A stretch of DNA of 46,302 bases from an uncultured Alphaproteobacteria bacterium (GTDB lineage Bacteria; Pseudomonadota; Alphaproteobacteria; Rickettsiales; UBA1997), in NCBI GenBank assembly GCA_903879805.1, contig CAIRMX010000004.1, positions 1 through 46,302 on the forward strand, in the 5' to 3' direction. Positions within the stretch are counted from its first letter, which is position 1. Each line of letters starts with the position of its first letter. Below, in pieces: positions 38,517 to 46,302 of this stretch. The notes under the pieces are model-generated. The model made no database searches. It worked only from the letters and a program-made list of their open reading frames with translations, and was not told the origin of the DNA. The position numbers and the translations under genes were made by a program.

Positions 38517-38603
38517 GTTTGGTAAAAAATGGCGCAAGATTTATTAGTGGGTTTTTGTTAAATTTGAGGCTTTCTTTACGCAATTAGTTTCTGCAATCGA
38601 TAT

Positions 38604-39338
38604 TCAATTTGACGCAGCTTTGCTCGCCAAAATAAATGCAGAAACACCGCAGGGAAATTTCACTTTTTTTGCCAAAAAAATATCCAAGCGAAAAAGCATT
38701 TTAAAAATTTGATTTAAGAATTTCGAGTTCACCGCATTTTCGCTTTTGATTTTTATAGCAAAAATTTTGGTTAATTTTCTGAAAATCAAAATTGGGATGA
38801 AGAGCAAAAAGTTAAAATAATAACTCTCCAAAATCCGCATTTCAGCTTGGCTAATTTTGCTTTTTATTTCACCAAGCAAATATCTTCTTTGATGCATTGA
38901 AGCCACATCGTGATCGCCCCAAAGGCTCATAAAACAAGGCACGGTGATGATTATTTGACCATTTGGTTTTAGAATTCGCGCCACTTCTTTTAAAGCACGT
39001 GCATCATTTTCAATATGCTCAACCACGTCGGTAAATAAAATTACATCGTAAGAATTATCAGCCAATTCTGAGTCGCAAATGTCGCCTACTTTAACCACAC
39101 CTAAATTTTTTTCTTCGCAAAATTTCTTGGCCAAAGGACTAAAATCAAAACCTTGATAATTGGTGAATCCCGCCTCTTTCAACATCCTTAAATTGCTGCC
39201 CGCGCCCACGCCAATGTCTAAAATTGCCGCGTCTTTTGGAACCGCCTTTAAATATTTGGCAAACATCTCGCGCCTGACCACAAACCACCAGTGATCTTGC
39301 TCAATTTTTGATTCTTCTTCAAAAGCCACATCCTGCAT
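38604..39338 (-). CDS. Class I SAM-dependent methyltransferase
   Basis: HWWF..RR, ILDIGVGAG, DVVEHI, LKPNG, TVP...HD...HQRRY; family typical of GtrB-type glycosylation loci. Confidence 0.9.
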   Translation of the reverse strand: MQDVAFEEESKIEQDHWWFVVRREMFAKYLKAVPKDAAILDIGVGAGSNLRMLKEAGFTNYQGFDFSPLAKKFCEEKNLGVVKVGDICDSELADNSYDVILFTDVVEHIENDARALKEVARILKPNGQIIITVPCFMSLWGDHDVASMHQRRYLLGEIKSKISQAEMRILESYYFNFLLFIPILIFRKLTKIFAIKIKSENAVNSKFLNQIFKMLFRLDIFLAKKVKFPCGVSAFILASKAASN

Positions 39339-39343
39339 GGTTT

Positions 39344-40282
39344 TTAAGATTTTTTATTTTCGGTGATGGTCTCAACCAGATAAAGCGGACGATTTTTTAC
39401 TTCGTTAAAAATGCGGCCGACATATTCGCCGATAATGCCGATAAAAATAAAATTAATGCCGCCCAAGAACAGGATCACACTCATGATTGAGGCGTATCCG
39501 GGAATACCCTGATCGAAAAATAATTTAGCGCAAATAATGGCAAATCCGTAAATGAAGGAACAAATTGAAATCAACAAACCAACGTAAGTAATCAAACGAA
39601 TCGGAAAAGTTGAAAAAGAAAAAATGCCGTCAAAAGCGTAACGCGCCATCGTGGCATAGTTATATTTGGTTTCGCCTTTAAGTCGCGGACCCCTTTCATA
39701 TTGCACTTGCGTCGTTTTGTAACCAACCCAGGAAAGCACGCCACGCATGAAGCGGCTGCGCTCGCGCATTTTTTTAATATCGTCTAGCGCCACTCGGTCA
39801 ATCAAGCGAAAATCGCCCACATTTTGCGGCAAAGTGCGATCCATAATTTTTGAGGCCAATTTGTAAAAAACCGCCGCGGTAAATTTTTTCAACCAAGGAT
39901 CCAAACGATTAATGCGCTGCGCCAAAACCATTTTGTAACCTTCGCGCCATTTTGAAATCATTTGCGGAATCACTTCCGGCGGATCTTGTAAATCAGCGTC
40001 CAAAGGAATTACCGCATCCCCCAAAGCATTGTCTAAACCAGCTGTTAGCGCGATTTCTTTGCCGAAATTTCGTGATAATTTGATGATTTTCAGATTGGTT
40101 TTTTGCGTCGCGATTGCGCTTAGAATTTCGTAGGTTTTGTCAGTGCTTCCGTCGTCAACTGCGATAATTTCGTAATCAATATCGGCAATTTCATGCAAAA
40201 CTTTTTCTACTCGCAAAAAATAATCGTTGATTGATTCCTCTTCGTTAAAGAAGGGTGTAACGATTGAGATAAGTTTTTTCAT
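39344..40282 (-). CDS. GT2 polyprenol-phosphate glycosyltransferase (GtrB/ArnC-like)
   Basis: PFFNEE, VDDGSTD, SRNFGKE, DADLQDPP, GDFRL, two C-terminal TMs, GEYVGRI...RPLY. Confidence 0.93.
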   Translation of the reverse strand: MKKLISIVTPFFNEEESINDYFLRVEKVLHEIADIDYEIIAVDDGSTDKTYEILSAIATQKTNLKIIKLSRNFGKEIALTAGLDNALGDAVIPLDADLQDPPEVIPQMISKWREGYKMVLAQRINRLDPWLKKFTAAVFYKLASKIMDRTLPQNVGDFRLIDRVALDDIKKMRERSRFMRGVLSWVGYKTTQVQYERGPRLKGETKYNYATMARYAFDGIFSFSTFPIRLITYVGLLISICSFIYGFAIICAKLFFDQGIPGYASIMSVILFLGGINFIFIGIIGEYVGRIFNEVKNRPLYLVETITENKKS

Positions 40283-40291
40283 TGATGGTTC

Positions 40292-41425
40292 TTAAACAAT
40301 AAAATGATAACCGGAAAGCCAAACGCAGTATAAAAAATACATTACTGGAATTGATATGAAAAAGACCAAACCAGCGCTGCCACCATTAATCATTTTGGCG
40401 ATAACCAAAAGTATCGGAGCCTGAAACCAGATATATCGCGGCATGCTCCAAAGCCCTGTAGATAGCGGTATGAAAGTGCAAAATAATGAAAAAGCAGCAA
40501 GCTGAAAATGCTTTTTTGCAAGCAAATATACGCAGCATAAAATTGCTCCCACACTAACCACCGATGCCATTTGGTAAAATGGCAGTTCAGAATTAAAGCC
40601 ATCAATAAGATTTGCAAAAGGGTTGGAAACTTCGCGATCCCAAGCTTTTCCGGCGTGGAAAAAAGCAAAAGCATCACCACTATGAAAATGCAAATATGTC
40701 ATAAATAAAGCTAAGCCAGAAACTAGCATCAAGCCGGCCAGAGCTATTTTTACTTTTTGCCAAGGAGCTGCTTTAAAAAAATCTTTAAAATTAGAAATAG
40801 CATAAGAGACCGCCATTACAACGCCAACCAGTCTAGTTGCGCTGAGAAAAATTCCGCAAGCACCGCAAGAAAAATTCTTCCGCTGCTTCATAAAATAAAA
40901 GCTGACGCAGGTAAAAAATAAAAATAACGACTCGGTATAGCCGGAATTGGGGTAAATTGCGTAAGGATTAAAAGCCACCACCGCACCTGCGGTGATAAAA
41001 TAAATTTCAGGAAAATATTTTTTGCAAAATTTCATGAAGGCAAAAATCGCCAACAGAAAAAATATTTTACCAACAATTATTAGAGCCGCTTTAGTTGAAA
41101 CTCCGATCAACCATTGCAACGCTGCAGCAATGATTGGCAATAATGGAAAAAAGGCAAAATTTTTGCTTTCAATTGTATCAGAAGAATATCGATCATAGCC
41201 CCTGTCGATAATTGAAGAATACCAATCGCAATCCCAGCGACACATTTCCAAATAAGTAGTTTGGATGCTTGATAAAACACAGAATTCTAAAAGTTGCTGC
41301 AGGGCAAATAACACCAGCGCCGCTAATGCTAATTTAATATTGGCCTTAGCACTACAATCATCAGCACTTAACTCATGATCTAATTCGACCAGACAGGTCA
41401 TTCTCCAGTGCTTAAAACGGATCAT
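40292..41425 (-). CDS. GT-C fold membrane glycosyltransferase, PIG-V/GT76-like
   Basis: RWDCDWY..I...GY, FAFFPLLP, YTESLF, ATR..G, SMPRY; multi-TM. Confidence 0.8.
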   Translation of the reverse strand: MIRFKHWRMTCLVELDHELSADDCSAKANIKLALAALVLFALQQLLEFCVLSSIQTTYLEMCRWDCDWYSSIIDRGYDRYSSDTIESKNFAFFPLLPIIAAALQWLIGVSTKAALIIVGKIFFLLAIFAFMKFCKKYFPEIYFITAGAVVAFNPYAIYPNSGYTESLFLFFTCVSFYFMKQRKNFSCGACGIFLSATRLVGVVMAVSYAISNFKDFFKAAPWQKVKIALAGLMLVSGLALFMTYLHFHSGDAFAFFHAGKAWDREVSNPFANLIDGFNSELPFYQMASVVSVGAILCCVYLLAKKHFQLAAFSLFCTFIPLSTGLWSMPRYIWFQAPILLVIAKMINGGSAGLVFFISIPVMYFLYCVWLSGYHFIV

Positions 41426-41441
41426 ATTAGCGAAGGAATCT

Positions 41442-42440
41442 CTATAAATTTTTTTGTTTAAATAGTAGCTTTTCCCATTTCCACGCCGATGAAATTATCT
41501 CATCGAGACTAGAAAATTCTGGTTGCCACCCCAAAACCTTTCGCGCCAATTCATTGCTGGCAACTAGCGAATCAGCGTCACCTTCTCTTCTTTTTTTGTA
41601 ATTTATTGGCAGTTTTTTGCTGGAGATTTCTTCGGCTTTTTTAATAATTTCTAAAACTGAAAAACCGCGCCCAGTGCCGATATTGAAACATTTTTCATCT
41701 CCAGCATTTTCCAAATGATTGAGAGTTTTTAAGTGAGCGGCGCAAATATCTTTGACGTGAACATAATCTCTTACACAAGTGCCGTCCAAGGTTTGGTAGT
41801 CATTGCCATTAACAAAAAATTCAATGTCTTGGCGGTTTAAAAATCGCAGCAAGAGCGGAATTAAATGGCTTTCAACCTGACGATTTTCACCGAGATTTTT
41901 TTGCCAATCAGAACCACAAGCATTGAAATAGCGCAAGATTCCGTAAGATAAATTATGGGCTTTAGCGCAGTCAACCAGGGCCTCTTCAACGATCAGCTTG
42001 GTTTTGCCATAAATATTAGCCGGATTTTTCTTATCATCTTCTTTGAGCAAATCATTTTTGGCTTCATAAACCGCAGCGCTTGACGAAAAAATAAAATGAC
42101 TACGCGGGCTATAGCGAATCACCAAATCAATAAGATTCAAAGAATTAGCCACGTTGTTGCGATAGTAAGCGCCTGGATTTGTCATTGAGGCACCGGCTTC
42201 AATTGCCGCGGCAAAATGAAAGACAGCGTGAATTTGGTGGTTGGTAAAAATATTTTTCATTACCTCTAAATCAGCAATATCACTTTCGATAAATGTGACT
42301 TTCGGATTGATCTTTTTTACCAAAGAATTTGAAAAATTATCAATTACCACCACTTCAAAACCATCAGACAACAGAAGCTCAATCATGTGCGAGCCAATGT
42401 AACCAGCGCCTCCGCTAACTAAAACTTTTTTACTCGACAT
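41442..42440 (-). CDS. galE: UDP-glucose 4-epimerase
   Basis: GGAGYIGSH, HFAA, FSSSAAVY, YGKTK, LRYFN, DGTCVRDYVHV. Confidence 0.92.
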   Translation of the reverse strand: MSSKKVLVSGGAGYIGSHMIELLLSDGFEVVVIDNFSNSLVKKINPKVTFIESDIADLEVMKNIFTNHQIHAVFHFAAAIEAGASMTNPGAYYRNNVANSLNLIDLVIRYSPRSHFIFSSSAAVYEAKNDLLKEDDKKNPANIYGKTKLIVEEALVDCAKAHNLSYGILRYFNACGSDWQKNLGENRQVESHLIPLLLRFLNRQDIEFFVNGNDYQTLDGTCVRDYVHVKDICAAHLKTLNHLENAGDEKCFNIGTGRGFSVLEIIKKAEEISSKKLPINYKKRREGDADSLVASNELARKVLGWQPEFSSLDEIISSAWKWEKLLFKQKNL

Positions 42441-42442
42441 AT

Positions 42443-44239
42443 TTAGATTTCAAAAAATACCAGTCGCGCATTTTGCGAAACTATGATTGGCCCGCCTGCC
42501 TGCGATCTGAGATTTCTCTCAAGAATCGTTAATTTGTCACTACCGTGAGTTATTAAATATTGCGATCTGTCGAGATAAACGCCGCGAAATCCTGCCTGCT
42601 TAATGCTGGCGATAAATTCTTTGAAATCTTGATTAACTACTTTTTCTTGCCAATTGCTACTTTCTCTGCCGGCCATTGCGGGATAAGACCAGCGTAAGTT
42701 TTTTGAATGAATATAAGCGATAAGCGACCCGTAATCATCTCCGTCTTTTTCAGGAAAAGGAAATGACGGCAACACAAAAATCATCGCCTGCTCGGGCAAA
42801 GAGTTTTCGATTTTTTCGATAAAGTTGCGATCATTGGCAAATTTCTTTTTCATCATCTCGCTTTGCACTGAAGCGCTAGAAACTACTCCCACTTGATCAA
42901 AAAGCGCTAAAACTGCGATAACTATTACTGCAATTTGAGCGAATAATTTTTTTCTTTCGATGATTTTATCCCAAATTATCGCCACCAAGAAAAATGAAAT
43001 GAAGGCAATAAATACACAAACTCTAGCGTGACTTCTAATTAGTGGAAATGTGATTGAGATCAACATTACCAAACCTCCAGCTGTTGCAAAAAGCACTATC
43101 AAAATATTCAGAGCAGCAAGATTTGAGATGAGATTTTGTTCATCTTTTTTGAGAGATAATTTCTTAATCGTCTTTTTCAAAAAGGAATTTTCCTGATCAA
43201 AATTTTTTGCCATCAGCCATAAAATCAAAAAGAAAAACCCAGATGACGCAAGAATACCAAGGTTTTCCGAGCCTCTCTCTTGCTCATCACTCACCATTAT
43301 TTCAAAATAACTAGTCAGATTAGCAAAGTAATCGATGTAGTGATTAGCTACCGGCAAAAGTAGATTCACTATTCTTAAGGCAAAACCCTCACTGTGGAGA
43401 GCGCCTCTATTTGCAACGCTCGAATTGACACCATGTTGCATTTGGTAAAGCAGCGTCGGTAAATACAAATAAGATATTACCGCAAAAATTATGCCGCAAA
43501 GAGCGAGCACAGAGAAGGAATTTTTATCAAAGAAATTTTCTTTTTTTAAGCCGCATAAAATCCAAGCAAAAATGAAAATTATCATGCTGTAATAAGCATA
43601 ATAGAGACCGCTAACGGCAACTAACGCGCAGATGGCACCAGATATTAAAAAATATTTATTTGGCGACAGACAATACTGCTTTTTTTTATTGAGGCTTACG
43701 ACAGAAATTTTGTCAGAAGCAATCCACATCCCAACCATAACTGCCAGCGGCACCACCATGTAGTTGGAAAGAAAGAGATGCCAAACATTGCGGGCAAAAT
43801 GGTAAGGTAAAAAAGCATATAAAATGCTGATGATGGTAGCGGTAAAAATACTAATTTTAAAACTACGAAGGACGATAAAGGCACTCGCCGCAATAAGCGG
43901 GAAGGTTAATATAAAAAAACAATTCGCGATCAAAAACGGATTACTCGAAAAATAAGTAAGAAATTTGATGATTAAAATTTGCAGCATCTCGGCTTGGAGC
44001 GGAAAATCGTAGATATTAAATATCTCACTAAAATGCGGCAATCCGATATTGGCATTTTGGCTAAACCAGCCGGTATCGACCATATTCTTAGTAATAAAAA
44101 TATAGAAAAGACCGTCATTACTGTAGCTAAAAGCCGGAAGCGCTAAATCGATTTCCCAAATTTGAAAAAACAGCGCGAAGATAATCAAAGACAGAGTTGG
44201 TGCTAATAAATATGGCCAAGAATTTTTTAGCACTTTCAT
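42443..44239 (-). CDS. Polytopic membrane protein, probable GT-C-type glycan transferase/modifier
   Basis: Many TMs, acidic first loop (SNDG, YDFP), YAFLPYH..R...H, YYAY, IRS.AR, soluble C-terminal domain; inside a glycosylation operon. Confidence 0.6.
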   Translation of the reverse strand: MKVLKNSWPYLLAPTLSLIIFALFFQIWEIDLALPAFSYSNDGLFYIFITKNMVDTGWFSQNANIGLPHFSEIFNIYDFPLQAEMLQILIIKFLTYFSSNPFLIANCFFILTFPLIAASAFIVLRSFKISIFTATIISILYAFLPYHFARNVWHLFLSNYMVVPLAVMVGMWIASDKISVVSLNKKKQYCLSPNKYFLISGAICALVAVSGLYYAYYSMIIFIFAWILCGLKKENFFDKNSFSVLALCGIIFAVISYLYLPTLLYQMQHGVNSSVANRGALHSEGFALRIVNLLLPVANHYIDYFANLTSYFEIMVSDEQERGSENLGILASSGFFFLILWLMAKNFDQENSFLKKTIKKLSLKKDEQNLISNLAALNILIVLFATAGGLVMLISITFPLIRSHARVCVFIAFISFFLVAIIWDKIIERKKLFAQIAVIVIAVLALFDQVGVVSSASVQSEMMKKKFANDRNFIEKIENSLPEQAMIFVLPSFPFPEKDGDDYGSLIAYIHSKNLRWSYPAMAGRESSNWQEKVVNQDFKEFIASIKQAGFRGVYLDRSQYLITHGSDKLTILERNLRSQAGGPIIVSQNARLVFFEI

Positions 44240-44249
44240 ATTTTCGACC

Positions 44250-46169
44250 TTAAGATTTTGTCTTAATTTGCTCTTGCGCTAGCGCGATAAATTCATCAAC
44301 ACTCATTACGCTTTGACTTTCTTCGCCAAATTTTCTTACCGAAACCGAGCCAATTTCTGCCTCTTTTTTTCCAATCGCTAAAATATAGGGAACTTTTTTC
44401 AAAGAATGTTCGCGAATTTTTGCGTTGATTTTTTGGGCGTCGAGATCGGCTTCAACTCTAAATCCCTGCGCCTTTAATTTTTCAACAACTCCACCCGCAT
44501 ATCCGTCAGAATCATTGGTGATTGTTGCTACCACCATTTGCACTGGCGCTAACCAAAGTGGAAAATTTCCAGCGCAATTTTCGATCAACATGCCAATGAA
44601 TCTTTCAAAGCTTCCTAAAATAGCGCGATGCAACATTACTGGACGCTTCTTAGATCCATCAGTTGCGATGTAGCTTGCATCTAATCTTTCTGGCAAAATG
44701 AAATCGACTTGCAAAGTGCCGCATTGCCACTCGCGACCAATCGCATCCACCAAAGTGAATTCCAATTTCGGGCCATAAAATGCGCCTTCGCCAACTTGAA
44801 TCTCATATTCAAGACCTGCTTGCTTTACAGCTTCAGCCAAAGCCGCTTCAGCGCGATCCCAAGTTTCATCTGAGCCCGCGCGCTTTTCAGGACGAGTCGA
44901 AAATTTTACGTCAACTTTTGTAAAACCAAAATCTTGGTAAACCTCTTGAAGCAATTTGCAGAAAGCCACAGTTTCGGAATTGATCTGACTTTCTTCGCAA
45001 AAAATATGTGCGTCATCTTGCGTGAATGCCCGCACTCGCATGATGCCATGCAGCGATCCCGAAGGTTCATTACGGTGACACGATCCAAATTCCGCCATGC
45101 GCAACGGCAATTGGCGATAAGATTTTAACTCTTGGTTAAAAATCTGCACGTGGCACGGACAGTTCATGGGCTTGATTGCAAGCGTGCGTTCTTCGCTTTC
45201 GGCAACAAACATATTTTCGCGGAATTTTTCCCAGTGACCCGATTTTTCCCACAAAACTTTATCCACCATTTGCGGAGTTTTCACTTCAACGTAGCCATCT
45301 CTTTCAAGCTTGCCGCGAATGTAAGTCTCGATTTCGCGAAAAATTGTCCAGCCTTTCGGGTGCCAAAACACTGAACCCACGGCCTCTTCTTGAATGTGAA
45401 ATAAATCCAACGCACGACCAATTTTGCGGTGATCGCGTTTTTCGGCCTCTTCCAACATTTTCAAATGATTTTCCAGCGACTCTTTGCTTTCCCAAGCGGT
45501 GCCGTAAATACGTTGCAGCATTTCATTTTTAGAATCACCGCGCCAGTAAGCGCCAGCGAGCTTCATTAGTTTGAAATGTTTAACATGCGAAGTTGAAGGC
45601 GCGTGCGGCCCGCGGCAAAGATCGATGAAATTTCCTTGGCGATAAAGTGTAATATCTTGATCCACCGGAATCGCTGAAATGATTTCAGCTTTATATTTTT
45701 CGCCAATTGAAGCGAAAAATTTAGCGGCGTCATTGCGACTCCAAACCTCACGCACCAAAGGCTCGTCACGCTTAACGATTTCGCGCATTTTATTTTCGAT
45801 TCTCTCTAAATCTTCCAAAGCAAACGGAGTTTTGCGGGCGAAGTCATAAAAAAATCCATGCTCAATTGCTGGCCCGATGGTCACTTGGGTGTCGGGAAAT
45901 AACTCTTTCACAGCTTCCGCCATGATGTGCGCCGCGTCGTGGCGGATAATTTCTAAAGCGTCAGCTCCAGATTTTGGCGTAATGATTTCAATTTTTGCGT
46001 CAGTTTCAATTGCGCGCGACAAGTCGCGAATCTCGCCGTTTACCTTGATTGCAAGTGCCACTTTGGCGAGCGAAATCGAGATCGATTTAGCGATTTCTTC
46101 CCCACTAACATTGCGAGAAAATTCACGCGCAGCGCCATCGGGAAAAGTTATTTTGATTTGCTTAGACAT
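44250..46169 (-). CDS. thrS: Threonine--tRNA ligase
   Basis: TGS domain, RHDAAH, CRGPH, RDHRK, KPMNCP, FTQDDAH, FYGPK, HRAILGS. Confidence 0.99.
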   Translation of the reverse strand: MSKQIKITFPDGAAREFSRNVSGEEIAKSISISLAKVALAIKVNGEIRDLSRAIETDAKIEIITPKSGADALEIIRHDAAHIMAEAVKELFPDTQVTIGPAIEHGFFYDFARKTPFALEDLERIENKMREIVKRDEPLVREVWSRNDAAKFFASIGEKYKAEIISAIPVDQDITLYRQGNFIDLCRGPHAPSTSHVKHFKLMKLAGAYWRGDSKNEMLQRIYGTAWESKESLENHLKMLEEAEKRDHRKIGRALDLFHIQEEAVGSVFWHPKGWTIFREIETYIRGKLERDGYVEVKTPQMVDKVLWEKSGHWEKFRENMFVAESEERTLAIKPMNCPCHVQIFNQELKSYRQLPLRMAEFGSCHRNEPSGSLHGIMRVRAFTQDDAHIFCEESQINSETVAFCKLLQEVYQDFGFTKVDVKFSTRPEKRAGSDETWDRAEAALAEAVKQAGLEYEIQVGEGAFYGPKLEFTLVDAIGREWQCGTLQVDFILPERLDASYIATDGSKKRPVMLHRAILGSFERFIGMLIENCAGNFPLWLAPVQMVVATITNDSDGYAGGVVEKLKAQGFRVEADLDAQKINAKIREHSLKKVPYILAIGKKEAEIGSVSVRKFGEESQSVMSVDEFIALAQEQIKTKS

Positions 46170-46245
46170 TTGAAATTTGGAAAAAATAATTACTGAATTG
46201 AAGTAGATTTGACGCTAGGTGCGGTGATTAGTTTTTCAACAACAC

Positions 46246-46302
46246 TGTCATCGCAAGCGCAAGCGAGAGATCTCTTGAGTTTGGCTTTATCGATGAACTC
46301 AT
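46246..46302. repeat. Probable left arm of a fourth palindromic element family (D), cut by the window edge
   Basis: TGTCATCGCAAGCGCAAGCGAGAGATCTC resembles the GTCATxxCGAGCGxAGCGAxxxATCT type of arm; partner arm not visible. Confidence 0.45.

Overview
AT-rich, gene-dense chromosomal segment of an alphaproteobacterium. Gene content (TIGR02049-type GshA, NDUFS4- and NDUFS6-like small proteins, TauE/TIGR02186 pair, palindromic intergenic elements) suggests a Rickettsiales-like lineage that still has thrC, purA and ribD; this placement is inference. Most of the window is housekeeping: murJ, pepF, holC, queE, ftsH, rluB, gshA, ggt, ccmF, thrC, rppH, groESL, grxC, ribD, purA, dsbD-like, gatA, galE, thrS, plus envelope glycosylation genes. 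I saw no rRNA, tRNA, CRISPR array, transposase or prophage. Most notable: (1) a DOT1-like lysine methyltransferase 3 nt upstream of a histone-H1-like Lys-rich protein fused to a CopG/RHH-type domain, a candidate writer-substrate pair; (2) three tandem paralogous lipoproteins with Q/P/Y-rich low-complexity linkers and a shared ~35-aa C-terminal motif; (3) a stand-alone structured small RNA with its own promoter and terminator; (4) a 56-bp dispersed element whose perfect 24-bp palindrome has a fully co-varying core; (5) an EreA/ChaN/TIKI-like orphan next to a secreted-protein gene split by one in-frame TAG; (6) four families of palindromic REP/RPE-like elements.
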